A stretch of DNA of 64,000 bases from Thermodesulfobacteriota bacterium (GTDB lineage Bacteria; Desulfobacterota; Desulfobulbia; Desulfobulbales; JBFMBH01), in the NCBI GenBank assembly GCA_040755095.1, contig JBFMBH010000006.1, positions 1,290-65,289 of the forward strand, given 5' to 3'. Position numbers and translations under genes: made by a program. The notes under the pieces were generated by a model that had not been told where the DNA came from, searched no databases, and worked only from the letters and a program-made list of their open reading frames with translations. Positions 8,842-18,087 of this stretch are shown in pieces (the stretch's first letter is position 1; each line of letters begins with the position of its first letter).

Positions 8842-9962
8842 CCCCTGCCCCACCTGGCCGCCACCTGGCGCAGAAGCTGGTCCACGACGCCGTAGCTCCG
8901 GTCCAGATCGTGGTCGCGGCGGACGTGCTCCCGGGCCGCCTCCGCCATGGCCTGGCGGCGGCCGGCGTCGGCCAGCAGCCCCCTGACCGCGGCGACGAAG
9001 GCCGGCATGTCGAGGGGCGGAGTCAGCAGGCCGGTGCGGCCATCCGCCACCACCTCCGGGATGCCGCCATTGGCAAAGGCCACCACCGGCAGGCCGCAGG
9101 ATTGGGCCTCCAGGTAGACCATGCCCAGGCTTTCCCGGATGCCGGGAAACACAAAGAGGTCACCCGCCGAATAGACCCGGGCCAGCTCCAGGCGGGGCAC
9201 CCGCCCCAGGAAGCGCACCCGGCCCGGCAGCCAACGGTCTGCCAGGGCGCGGAGGCGGGACTGCTCCTCGCCATCGCCGGCAATGGCCAGGAGGAGATCG
9301 ATCCCCGACTGCACCAGGCGGCCGCAGGCCTCGATGGTGCAGGCCAGGCCGTCCGCCTTCACCCCGGGCCGGAACATGGCAGCGCTCACCACCACCGGCC
9401 GCTCGCCGGCTTCCCAGGCGGCGCGCACGGCTGCCCGGCCACCGGCGTCGAAGACAAAATCCCCGGGCCGGATGCCGGGGACCACATAGACCACCCGCTC
9501 GGCAGGCAGCAGGCGCCGGAGGTTGACCTCGTCCGCCCGGCGGTTGGTGAAGACCAACTCGGCCGCCAGCAGGGCCCGGCGGTTCAGGATGTACCCGGGC
9601 CAGGTGCGCCAGTCCCGGCGCCGCTTGGTGGAATAGATGCCCTGGAAGACCACATAGGGCAGCCGGCAGCGGCGGGCCACCACCGGCCCCAGGAGGTCCG
9701 GGGCCTTGTAATAGGCATGGTAGGTGAGCCACAGATCCGGCCGCTGGCGGTAAAGCTCGCCGCGCAGCCGCCGGCGCTCGGCCATGACCGCCAGCCATGC
9801 CCAGGGCTTCCAGGGCAGCCAGCGGGCCCGCAGGCGGCTGGCCACCGCCACCGCATGCCCCTGCCGCCGCAGAAAATCCCGCAGCCCACTGCCGATCACC
9901 AGATCCCCGGACGGGTGCGGATGATCCAACGGCTTCATGGGCGCGTACAAGGCGATGCGCAC
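8838..9962 (-). CDS. GT4-family glycosyltransferase (374 aa)
   Basis: 'VFPGIRESLGMVYLEAQSCGLPVVAFANGGIPEVVADGRTGLL' (E-x7-E region). GTG 9962 is preceded by GGAGG with an 8-nt spacer. The track ORF start at 10118 adds a non-coding-looking leader. Confidence 0.85.
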   Translation of the reverse strand: MRIALYAPMKPLDHPHPSGDLVIGSGLRDFLRRQGHAVAVASRLRARWLPWKPWAWLAVMAERRRLRGELYRQRPDLWLTYHAYYKAPDLLGPVVARRCRLPYVVFQGIYSTKRRRDWRTWPGYILNRRALLAAELVFTNRRADEVNLRRLLPAERVVYVVPGIRPGDFVFDAGGRAAVRAAWEAGERPVVVSAAMFRPGVKADGLACTIEACGRLVQSGIDLLLAIAGDGEEQSRLRALADRWLPGRVRFLGRVPRLELARVYSAGDLFVFPGIRESLGMVYLEAQSCGLPVVAFANGGIPEVVADGRTGLLTPPLDMPAFVAAVRGLLADAGRRQAMAEAAREHVRRDHDLDRSYGVVDQLLRQVAARWGRG

Positions 9963-10068
9963 AGCTGATGCCTCCGCAAGAACAGCCTTTCCGTACGGCC
10001 GCGGCGCTTTTCTTCCAGGTCCCACAGGACCAACACAAGACCTACGCTCGCCGCCCCCGGCGGCCAGC

Positions 10069-11319
10069 TCAATCCGGCGCTGCCAGGGCTCCCCGGAACA
10101 GGGCCGCCAGCTGGCCAATGAGCTGCCGGTTGTCGAAGCCCTGGGCCACCCGCTGCCGGCCAGCGGCGATCACCTGCTGCCGGAGCCCGGGATCGGTGAG
10201 AAGCCGGGCCATGGCCGCTGCCATGGCGGCAGGATCGTCCGGGGGCACCAGCAGGCCGCTGGCGCCGTCCTCCACCAGCTCGGGGATGGCGGAAACGGTG
10301 GTGGCCACAACAGGCACCCCCATGGCCAGACTCTCGGCCAGGACGTTGGGGATGCCATCCCGGTCGCCGTTGGCGGCGATCCGGCAGCCCAGGACAAAGA
10401 GATGCGCCTGCGCCAACTGGGCCTGCACCACTTGGTGGGGCTGGGTGCCCAGCCAGGAGCAGATGCCGGCCAGGCCCAGCTGCCGGGCCAGGGTCTCCAG
10501 GGCCGACCGCTCCTCCCCGGCGCCGATGAGGGTGTGACGGACCGGCAGTCCCTGGTCGGCGAGGCGGCGCACCGCCCGCAGCACGGTGTCCAGTCCCTTC
10601 TTGGCGGTGAGGCGGGCCACGGTGAGGATCTGGAACGGTGCCGCCGGGGCGGCCGGTCCGGCGGCCGGGGCGCTGAACAAGGACAGATCGATGCCGTGGT
10701 AGATCCGGTGGATCGGGGTGCTGCCATAAGCCAAGCGGGCCAGGTACTGGCGGTTGTGCTCGGTGCAGGTGACGACAAAGGCGGCGGCGGCGATCTTTTC
10801 CGCCAGGGAGCTGGGCTCGCTGGTGTAGATATCCTTGGCGTGGGCGGTGAAGCTGAAGGGCAGGCCAGCAAGAAGGCTGGCGAAGCGGGCCACCGAGGTG
10901 GGGGAGTGGGCGAAATGGGCATGGAGATGGCCCACCCCGGAGCCAGGCAGGAGATGACCCACCAGATAGCCGGCCTGGAGGAGATGCTTGATCGTCGCCA
11001 GGGGCCGGCCGGCGGCCAGCCGGCGGCGGGCCAGGCCCAGGGCCTGGCGGTAGCGGCCCGGCTGCCGCCGGGCCAGGGCCAGGTTGTGAGCCAGGAGCCG
11101 CGGCAGGGGCCGCAGGAGGGTTTCCGGCAGATAGTCGACCCGGGCGCGGATCCGCTGGACGCTGGCGTGGCTGAAGCTCTCCCGGGGCTGGCGCATGGAG
11201 AAGATCCGGATGCGCAGCCCCAGCTCCGAAAGAAGCAGGATCTCGTTGGAGATGAAGGTCTCGGAGATGCGGGGATAGCCCTTCAGGATCATGCCCAGCA
11301 CCGGGCTTGGGGCGTCCAT
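10069..11319 (-). CDS. GT4-family glycosyltransferase, WcaL-like
   Basis: 'KGYPRISETFISNEIL', 'FTAHAKDIY', 'GIPNVLAESLAMGVPVVATTVSAIPELVEDGASGLLV'. Start is ATG 11319 or ATG 11292 and remains unresolved. The track start at 11466 overlaps the upstream gene. Confidence 0.8.
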   Translation of the reverse strand: MDAPSPVLGMILKGYPRISETFISNEILLLSELGLRIRIFSMRQPRESFSHASVQRIRARVDYLPETLLRPLPRLLAHNLALARRQPGRYRQALGLARRRLAAGRPLATIKHLLQAGYLVGHLLPGSGVGHLHAHFAHSPTSVARFASLLAGLPFSFTAHAKDIYTSEPSSLAEKIAAAAFVVTCTEHNRQYLARLAYGSTPIHRIYHGIDLSLFSAPAAGPAAPAAPFQILTVARLTAKKGLDTVLRAVRRLADQGLPVRHTLIGAGEERSALETLARQLGLAGICSWLGTQPHQVVQAQLAQAHLFVLGCRIAANGDRDGIPNVLAESLAMGVPVVATTVSAIPELVEDGASGLLVPPDDPAAMAAAMARLLTDPGLRQQVIAAGRQRVAQGFDNRQLIGQLAALFRGALAAPD

Positions 11320-11330
11320 CAGGGCTCGAC

Positions 11331-12521
11331 TCAGGCGCGGAACAGGGCCAGGCGCTGGCGCATCACATCCAGACCGGTCAGGGGGAAGCGGGCCATGGCC
11401 TGGCGAAAGGGCTCGGGGTCGGCCAGGATACGGAGGATCTTCTCCTTCATGGTGGCCGGGGTGCACTCGCCCCAGGGGATGAAATCCACCAGCCCCTGCC
11501 GCTTGAGGGCCTGGGCGCGCAGAAGCTGCTCCCTGCGCGGCGTCTCCCGGGGGATGATGAGGGAAGGTTTGCCCTGGGTGAGGATCTCGCAGATGGTGTT
11601 GTAGCCGCCCATGGTGACCACAAGCTCGGCGGCGGCCAGCAGGCCCTCCATGTGGCGCACAAAGGGCAGGATGCGCACCCCGAGCCGGCGGGCCCGGACC
11701 GCCAGGTCCCGCCGCTCCTGCCTGGGCATGAAAGGCCCGGTGACCAGGAGGGAGGTAAAGGGCAGCCGGCCCGCCGCGGCCTCGACCATGGCCAGGAAGG
11801 TGTCCATGACCGCAAAGCCGTCACCGCCGCCGCCGGTGGTCACCACCACCAGCCGCTCGCCGTTGGCCACCCCCTGGTCCCTTTTCAGCCGTCGTACCGC
11901 GTCGTTCTCCGGGGTCTTCCGGGGGATGTAGCCGGTGAAGATCATCTTGCGGGCCACCGCCTCCGGGATCCCATACTCGACGATGGGGTCATAGAGCTCC
12001 CGGTTGCCGTAGACCCAGATCTCGCTGTAGAGATCCGCCAGGGCAGAGTAGACCTTCTTGTCCTCCCAGTCCTGGCGGACGGTGGCGGCGTCGTCCATGA
12101 TGTCCCGGAGGCCCAGGATGGTGCGGGCCTCGGGAAAGCAGCGCTTCAGCCAGTGCAGGGTGGGCAGCACCTCCCGCTTGAGGCCCAGGGGCTCCTTGTC
12201 GACGATGAACAGGTGGGGCCGGAAGGTGCGGGCGGTGGCGGTGATGATGCTCTTGCGGATGCTCAAGGCATGCTGGGGATGGATCTTGATGGACAGGGGT
12301 AGATACTCCTCGTTGGTCTTCTTGATCATGCCCGGGATGCGCACGAAATCGATCTGCTCCGGGAAGCTGAAGCGGCCAACGATGGGCGAGCCGGTGAGGA
12401 TAAGGATGTTGACCTCCGGCCCGATGAGCTGGGAGGCGATGGCCATGGTCCGCCGGATGTGTCCCAGGCCATACGTGTCATGGGAGTACATCAGGATGTC
12501 GTACGTGCCGTTACGGACCAT
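11331..12521 (-). CDS. Glycosyltransferase, GT28 C-terminal domain / COG4671-like (396 aa)
   Basis: 'MYSHDTYGLGHIRRTMAIA', 'VVVTTGGGGDG', 'VVTMGGYNTICEILTQGKPSLIIPRETPRREQLLRA'. ATG 12521 is preceded by AAGGAG with a 6-nt spacer. Confidence 0.8.
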   Translation of the reverse strand: MVRNGTYDILMYSHDTYGLGHIRRTMAIASQLIGPEVNILILTGSPIVGRFSFPEQIDFVRIPGMIKKTNEEYLPLSIKIHPQHALSIRKSIITATARTFRPHLFIVDKEPLGLKREVLPTLHWLKRCFPEARTILGLRDIMDDAATVRQDWEDKKVYSALADLYSEIWVYGNRELYDPIVEYGIPEAVARKMIFTGYIPRKTPENDAVRRLKRDQGVANGERLVVVTTGGGGDGFAVMDTFLAMVEAAAGRLPFTSLLVTGPFMPRQERRDLAVRARRLGVRILPFVRHMEGLLAAAELVVTMGGYNTICEILTQGKPSLIIPRETPRREQLLRAQALKRQGLVDFIPWGECTPATMKEKILRILADPEPFRQAMARFPLTGLDVMRQRLALFRA

Positions 12522-12614
12522 CGAGAGCTCCTTGATGAAAGGAGAACAAGCTGGCTGGCACTGCTGGCGGCCCCTCGGCCAGGGCAGAACCATAGCATAC
12601 CGCACCGGCGGGTG

Positions 12615-13220
12615 TCACCGGGGAAACCGGGGATTCCCGGCAGAATCGATCTCCGGCCGGAACGGGGGCAAGCTCACTCCCCGGTCGCTGAGCCGGAAGC
12701 GGGGCCGGTTGAGGCGAGCAGCGATGGCCTCGGCATCGTCCGGCCCCCGCTCACCGATCTTGCGGGCCGGCACCCCGGCCCAGATCTCGTAAGGGCCGGG
12801 ATTCCTGGTCAGCACCGAGCCGGCGCCCAGCACCACCCCGTCCGGGATCTCGCTCACCTGGTAGAGAACCAGGGCGCCGTCATGGATCCAGACATCGGCG
12901 CCGATGTACTTGTCCTGCCACAGGAGGCCGTGCTCGGCTTCGGTCCGGGCCAGGGGCTTGCGGCCGAGATGGAGATGATCATGGGTGTAGATCCGGCAGC
13001 GGTGGCCAATGTTGCACCAGGGCCCAAGATGGATGGAGCCGGTGCAGTCCAGGAGGGCAAAGCGGCTGAGGATGATGTTGGTCTCAAGACCGGGCGTGGC
13101 AAAGACCGCCGGGTCCAGATAGAGGTCCCCTTTGCGGAATTTCTTGTGGGGAAAGCGCCGGGCCGCCGCCACCGCCACCGCCAACTGCTCCCGGGTCAGG
13201 GTCTCCAGAGGATACGGCAT
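12615..13220 (-). CDS. Left-handed beta-helix (hexapeptide-repeat) acyl/acetyltransferase
   Basis: 'IGADVWIHDGALVLYQVSEIPDGVVLGAGSVLTRNPGPYEIWAGVPARKI'. ATG 13220 is preceded by AAGGAG (13230..13235). Confidence 0.75.
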   Translation of the reverse strand: MPYPLETLTREQLAVAVAAARRFPHKKFRKGDLYLDPAVFATPGLETNIILSRFALLDCTGSIHLGPWCNIGHRCRIYTHDHLHLGRKPLARTEAEHGLLWQDKYIGADVWIHDGALVLYQVSEIPDGVVLGAGSVLTRNPGPYEIWAGVPARKIGERGPDDAEAIAARLNRPRFRLSDRGVSLPPFRPEIDSAGNPRFPR

Positions 13221-13330
13221 GGGCTCAATCTCCTTGACGATGGACACGGCGGATCGCATACTGCCGGGGAGCACGTTGCCGCCGCCGACTTGGCCGACGA
13301 TGCCACGACCTGCACCCCGAGCGCAACCCC

Positions 13331-13373
13331 AGAAAAGAAAAAAGGGGCCGTAACCCCTTCGGATTACGGCCCC
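13331..13373 (-). terminator. Rho-independent terminator following tRNA-Ala(CGC)
   Basis: Minus strand reads GGGGCCGTAA-TCCGAAGGGG-TTACGGCCCC (10-bp perfect stem, 13344..13353 / 13364..13373) followed by TTTTTTCTTTTC. Confidence 0.75.
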
Positions 13374-13383
13374 AATGCGATTC

Positions 13384-13459
13384 TGGTGGAGATGAGGGGA
13401 TTCGAACCCCTGACTTCCACGATGCGAACGTGGCGCTCTCCCAGCTGAGCTACATCCCC
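13384..13459 (-). tRNA. tRNA-Ala (anticodon CGC)
   Basis: Reverse complement GGGGATGTAGCTCAGCTGGGAGAGCGCCACGTTCGCATCGTGGAAGTCAGGGGTTCGAATCCCCTCATCTCCACCA. It has a G3:U70 identity pair, anticodon loop TTCGCAT, T-loop GGTTCGAATCC and an encoded CCA. Confidence 0.95.
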
Positions 13460-13504
13460 CGCAATGCCGCTTGGCGCGGGCACCTCCGGCCCGCCGGTGG
13501 GGCT

Positions 13505-13533
13505 TCTATACCACGAACCCTCCGGCCTGACAA
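13505..13533 (-). promoter_or_regulatory. Sigma70-like promoter for tRNA-Ala(CGC)
   Basis: Minus strand TTGTCA (13533..13528), 17-nt spacer, TATAGA (13510..13505), about 45 nt upstream of the tRNA 5' end. Confidence 0.45.
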
Positions 13534-13593
13534 GGATCCAGTTCCCCGCACCGCTGGCGGTCCGCCGCTGCCAGCGAGCTTGCCACCCCGCCT

Positions 13594-14190
13594 ATGGATA
13601 CTCTTCAGCCCAGTCGCTCCGCCCAGCGCCGCTGGGCCAGGTCCATCCTCGATCTGGCGGAGGCCCTGCTCGCCCTGCCGGCCGCCGCCCTCCGCGACCT
13701 GCCGGCGGCGGCGGAGCTCAAGGCCCTGGTCGCCGCCGGCCAGGCCATGAAGCCGGGGGCGGCCCGTCGCCGCCAAGCCAAGACCGTCGCCAGCCTCCTG
13801 CGGGCCAGTGACGATCTGGAGGGGATCGCTCTCTGGCAGGCCCAGCGCCAGGGCCATCGCCGGGAAGCCGCCCTGGCCTTCCAGGAGCTGGAGCGGCAGC
13901 GGAATGCCATCCTGGCCGAGGCGTACGGCATCGCCCGCCACCAGACCCCGGAGCGCGGGGCACCAGCCCCGGCCCTGGCCTCGGTGCAGGAGCTGGCCAG
14001 CCAGTTGCCGTCCCTGGATGCCCGGGCCGTGGAACAGGCGGCTTGGCGCCACGCCCGTACCGGTCATCCTTCCGCCCGCCGGCAGGTGCTCCAGCTCTTG
14101 CGTGCCGCCCACGAACGGCTGCGCCTGGCAGCGGCTGCGGGCGCGGGCGAAGAGCCTCCCGGCTGTGCCGGCGGCACCCCGGCTGCCTGA
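13594..14190 (+). CDS. YjgA/DUF615-like ribosome-associated protein (tentative)
   Basis: The layout recalls E. coli YjgA: 'SRSAQRRWARSILDLAEALLALPAAALRDLP..ELKALVAAGQAMKPGAARRRQAKTVASLLR', followed by helical Arg/Gln-rich repeats. The similarity was judged by eye only. Confidence 0.45.
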   Translation: MDTLQPSRSAQRRWARSILDLAEALLALPAAALRDLPAAAELKALVAAGQAMKPGAARRRQAKTVASLLRASDDLEGIALWQAQRQGHRREAALAFQELERQRNAILAEAYGIARHQTPERGAPAPALASVQELASQLPSLDARAVEQAAWRHARTGHPSARRQVLQLLRAAHERLRLAAAAGAGEEPPGCAGGTPAA

Positions 14191-14220
14191 GCCAGCAGCC
14201 GGCAGCGATCAGTGCCAGCC

Positions 14221-15948
14221 TCAGGCCGCGGGCAGGGCCGGCCGCCCCCCATGCACCTTGAGATAGACCTCACACCTCTGGCAGTTGCTGATCTTGTCGT
14301 GGAAGGAGCCCTGCTCCTTGCCCCCGCACAGAGTGCCGGTGACCATCCAGCAGCTGTCGCCGTGACGGGGGTACGCCGGGCAGCCGTCCCGGCGCTCGGG
14401 CGGGCAGTTCTTGATGCTCCAGCACTGCACGGCACCAGCCGTGTCGGCGCCACGGGGTGGCACGCGGGGAGCGGCCGCCCCCACCTCCTGCTCGCGACCC
14501 GCACCGGCTGACCCGCCGACCAGGGCCACCAGCTCCTGCACCACCTCGTGGATCCCCAGGGCCTGGGAATTGAGCTCCGCGGCGACGCTGGCCGACTCTT
14601 CACCCGAGGCCGCCAGGCGCTGGGTGGCGGTGTCGATGTGGGCGATCGCCTCGTTGACCTGCTGGATGCCCTGGGCCTGCTCGTTGGTGGCCAAGCTGAT
14701 CTCACCCACCAGGGCCGCCACCCGGCCGGCCCGATCCACCAGCTCGTCGATGGCCTCGCCGGTGGCTGTCACCAGGACCCGGCCGTCCGCCACCTTCTGG
14801 GAGGTCCCGGAGATGAGGTCAGCGGTGCTTCTGGCCGCCTCCGCAGCCCGCATCGCCAGGTTGCGCACCTCGTCCGCCACCACCGCGAAGCCCGCGCCGG
14901 CCTCCCCGGCCCGGGCAGCCTCCACCGCGGCGTTGAGGGCCAGGAGGTTGGTCTGGAAGGCGATCTCGTCGATGGTCTTGACAATTTTGGAGGTCTCATC
15001 GCTGGCCTTGGAGATCTCGGCCATGGACTGGGTGAGGTCCTGCATGGAGGAGGCCGCCTTGTCCATGGCCTGACCGGCGTCCCGCATGAGGGCGTGAGCC
15101 TGGGTGGCGTTGTCCGCGTTCTGCCGCACCATGGAGGACATCTCCTCCAGGGCCGCCGAGGTCTGCTCCAGGGCCGCCGCCTGCTCCACCGCAGCCTCGG
15201 CCAGGCTGTGGCTGGTGCCGGATAGTTGGCCGGCGGTGGTGGCCAGCTGGCCGGAATTGCCGGTGAGATCGGCGACCGCCCGCCGCACCGGCCGGACGAT
15301 TCCTCGGCCCAGAACAAGGGCCAAGGCGATGCCAGCCACCAGGCTGGCCAGGCCGGTCGCCGAGACCCCCAGGCGGGCCGCATCGCTCGCCGACAAGGCC
15401 AGCTGCGCCTTCTCCGTAGAAACGGCGGCATTGGCCTCCTTCAGCCGGCCCATCCGGGCGGCGAAGGCCACACCCGCCTCCTCCAGACGGTCCGCCTGGC
15501 TGGCCACCACCTGGGCGTTGCCCTGGCGCACCAATGGCCAAAGGGCCTGGGCGGCCTGGTTGAAGGCATCGCGCTCTTTGGCCGCCTCGGCGAGCATCAG
15601 CGGCCAGCCCGCGGCCACCAAGTCGGGATCAGACTGCACCGCCGCAGCGATCTCACCCAGCAGCCGGTCCACCTCCTGCCCCAGCTGGGCAAAGGTCTCC
15701 GGATAGCGCTCCTCCCGGTGGACGACGAAGAGCAGGGCCGTCGCCTCCTGGGCCTTCATCTGGGTGGTGAGATTCCCCACCGCCAGGCTGACGGGCAGGT
15801 GCACGGCGCTCATGTCCTGCACCTCGATGGCCACATTCCGGGAGGCCCACCAGGCGATCCCCCCCACCAGGACAGAAAGAAGAATCATCAAGCCAAAACC
15901 GGCGCTCAACCGCCTGCCCACCGTCCACTGCCTCATCGCCATCTCCAT
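14221..15948 (-). CDS. Methyl-accepting chemotaxis protein with a periplasmic helical sensor and a C-terminal Cys-rich (two-CW-like) domain
   Basis: TM1 '[18 protein letters not shown]', TM2 '[16 protein letters not shown]', signalling hairpin '[40 protein letters not shown]'. C-terminus '[43 protein letters not shown]'. Alternative start is ATG 15936 (GGAG 6 nt upstream). Confidence 0.9.
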   Translation of the reverse strand: MEMAMRQWTVGRRLSAGFGLMILLSVLVGGIAWWASRNVAIEVQDMSAVHLPVSLAVGNLTTQMKAQEATALLFVVHREERYPETFAQLGQEVDRLLGEIAAAVQSDPDLVAAGWPLMLAEAAKERDAFNQAAQALWPLVRQGNAQVVASQADRLEEAGVAFAARMGRLKEANAAVSTEKAQLALSASDAARLGVSATGLASLVAGIALALVLGRGIVRPVRRAVADLTGNSGQLATTAGQLSGTSHSLAEAAVEQAAALEQTSAALEEMSSMVRQNADNATQAHALMRDAGQAMDKAASSMQDLTQSMAEISKASDETSKIVKTIDEIAFQTNLLALNAAVEAARAGEAGAGFAVVADEVRNLAMRAAEAARSTADLISGTSQKVADGRVLVTATGEAIDELVDRAGRVAALVGEISLATNEQAQGIQQVNEAIAHIDTATQRLAASGEESASVAAELNSQALGIHEVVQELVALVGGSAGAGREQEVGAAAPRVPPRGADTAGAVQCWSIKNCPPERRDGCPAYPRHGDSCWMVTGTLCGGKEQGSFHDKISNCQRCEVYLKVHGGRPALPAA

Positions 15949-16319
15949 GGTTCGGTTGCATGTGACAGGGCACCACGCGCGACGCCCTGGCCTCCAGGCC
16001 CTTCCTGACGGCCCATCGCCTCAGTGTAGGGAAACCGTCCTCGTCCGTCAAGGGAGCTATCAGGGCAGCGGCGGAGAATCCAGGCTGATTCCTCAAGTGA
16101 TCATGAGCAGTTACTGCTGGGAGGGCCATCCGGACCGCGCCGGTGCTCAGCGCGAATAGCGGGGCAGGCAGCCCGACCCGAGGGGCGTCCCCAGCGGCCT
16201 CCGAGCGAGAACTTTTTGTCCCATACTCCGGCAAGCCGCGCCCTTGACTGTTGTCAAACCGGGTCGGCTGTGTTAAAGAAGGGGTCTTTCCGGTCCCGCT
16301 TCGGGTGGCCGGATCGTCC

Positions 16320-16395
16320 GGCGGCGTAGCCAAGTGGCCAAGGCAGCGGTCTGCAAAACCGTTATTCGGCGGTTCAAATCCGCCCGCCGCCTCCA
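16320..16395 (+). tRNA. tRNA-Cys (anticodon GCA)
   Basis: GGCGGCGTAGCCAAGTGGCCAAGGCAGCGGTCTGCAAAACCGTTATTCGGCGGTTCAAATCCGCCCGCCGCCTCCA. Anticodon loop CTGCAAA, discriminator U73 (typical of Cys), encoded CCA. Confidence 0.95.
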
Positions 16396-16406
16396 GATAC
16401 GCAAAA

Positions 16407-16439
16407 GGGGCTGAACGGCGATCCGTTCAGCCCCTTTTT
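16407..16439 (+). terminator. Rho-independent terminator after tRNA-Cys, possibly bidirectional
   Basis: GGGGCTGAACGG-CGAT-CCGTTCAGCCCC (12-bp perfect stem) followed by TTTTT. It is preceded by AAAA, so the minus strand also reads stem plus TTTT. It lies about 180 nt beyond the nuoN stop. Confidence 0.85.
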
Positions 16440-16614
16440 GCTGTCCCTCTTCCCCGCCCGCCCCCCACGCCAATCTCGCAAAGGGGCCTCACCCCCAGGA
16501 AAAACTCTGCAGGGGCTGCCCGTCGCGCCGCGACAGGCCAGCCCCTGTGTGCCTCCCCGACCGCGCCCGACCGAGCGGGCGCCCCCCCTTCTGCCCGGCC
16601 GCCGGTATTCCGGC

Positions 16615-18036
16615 CTACAGCATGCCCTTCATGGCGGTGGCCGCCATGTCCACCAGACGCTGGGGCAGGAGGCCCATGACGACGATGAGCGCCATGAGGC
16701 CGTAGGACAGCACCCGGGTCAGCCCATCCACCGCCACCGCCGGCCGGTCATTGGCGTCCTTGGTGTAGGACACCCGGACCACGGACAGGTAGTAGTAGAT
16801 GGAGATGGCGGTGTTGATGGCCGCGCAGACAACCAGCCACAGATAGCCCTCCTGCAAGGCGTTATAGAGGAGCATGAACTTGCCCATGAAGCCGACGAAG
16901 GGCGGGATACCCGCCAGGGCAAACATGCCCACCGCCAGGGTCAAGGCCAGGATCGGCGAACGCTGGTGCAGGCCCTCCAGATCCTCGATGGCCACGTTCT
17001 CGCCGTCCCGCGACACCTGGCAGATCACCAGGAAGCAGGCCAGGTTCATGATCAGGTAGCCGGCGATGTAGTAGATCGCGGCGCCGTAACCGGCCTCCCG
17101 CAGGGTGAGAATGCCGATCAGGACGTAGCCGGCATGCGCCACCGAGGAGAAGCCCAGCATCCTCTTGATGTCCTTTTGCACCAGGGCGATGAGATTGCCG
17201 TAGAACATCGACGCCACAGACAGGATCATGAGCATCTCGGTCAGTGCCCGGGCGTCGGGACCGGCCAAGGTGACCAGGCGGATGAGGAGGGCCACAGCGC
17301 CGAGCTTGGGCGCCGTGGCGCAGTAGGCCGCGGTCTCGTTGGAGGCGCCCTGGTAAACGTCCGGCACCCAGAACTGGAAGGGGAAGACAGCGAGCTTGAA
17401 GAAGAAGCCGCACAGGAGCATCCCCATGCCCACCACCGCCACCGGCTGGCCCATGAGGCTGCCCAGCTTGGGCATGATACCCGCCAGGTAGGTGGTCCCG
17501 GTGATGCCGAAGATGTAGCTCATGCCAAACAGCATCACGCCAGTAGCCACCGCACCAAAGAGGATGTATTTGACGCCCGCCTCCATCTGGGCGTGCAGGC
17601 CGGGGCGGTCGTCGCGCATCGGCACCAGCACGTACAGGGAATAGGACGAGACCTCCAGGGCGATGAAGATGGTCAACAGCTCCACCGAAGAGACCAGCAT
17701 CATCAGGCCCAGGGCGGACAGCACCATGAACATGTAGAACTCGGCGTGCACCTCCGGCCGCACCCCCTTGAGGCCCCGGCCGAAGATGATCACGGCTGCC
17801 AGGCCGATGGCCACCGCCAGCTTGAAGCCCTGGGAGAAGAGATCCACCCGGTAGGCGTCAAAAAAGAGGCTGCCTTCGAAGGAAAGACACGCCGCCACCG
17901 CCCCCACCCCCAGCACTGATCCGGCCAGGGCCAGGTTGCGGGCGGCCGCCGCCGCCGACCGGCCCAGGGAGACCAGAAAGAGGAGCAGGCAGAAGCCGAG
18001 ATAGTACAGTTCCGGGGCAAAGAGGATGGCCTTCAT
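16615..18036 (-). CDS. nuoN: NADH-quinone oxidoreductase subunit N
   Basis: 473 aa polytopic protein. 'FPFQFWVPDVYQGASNETAAYCATAPKLGA' and 'KRMLGFSSVAHAGY'. Last gene of the nuo cluster. Confidence 0.9.
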   Translation of the reverse strand: MKAILFAPELYYLGFCLLLFLVSLGRSAAAAARNLALAGSVLGVGAVAACLSFEGSLFFDAYRVDLFSQGFKLAVAIGLAAVIIFGRGLKGVRPEVHAEFYMFMVLSALGLMMLVSSVELLTIFIALEVSSYSLYVLVPMRDDRPGLHAQMEAGVKYILFGAVATGVMLFGMSYIFGITGTTYLAGIMPKLGSLMGQPVAVVGMGMLLCGFFFKLAVFPFQFWVPDVYQGASNETAAYCATAPKLGAVALLIRLVTLAGPDARALTEMLMILSVASMFYGNLIALVQKDIKRMLGFSSVAHAGYVLIGILTLREAGYGAAIYYIAGYLIMNLACFLVICQVSRDGENVAIEDLEGLHQRSPILALTLAVGMFALAGIPPFVGFMGKFMLLYNALQEGYLWLVVCAAINTAISIYYYLSVVRVSYTKDANDRPAVAVDGLTRVLSYGLMALIVVMGLLPQRLVDMAATAMKGML

Positions 18037-18087
18037 CGTGGGTCCTTGTCGTAGGCGTCTTGTTCGTCAGCCGGGCGTGATCGTCAT

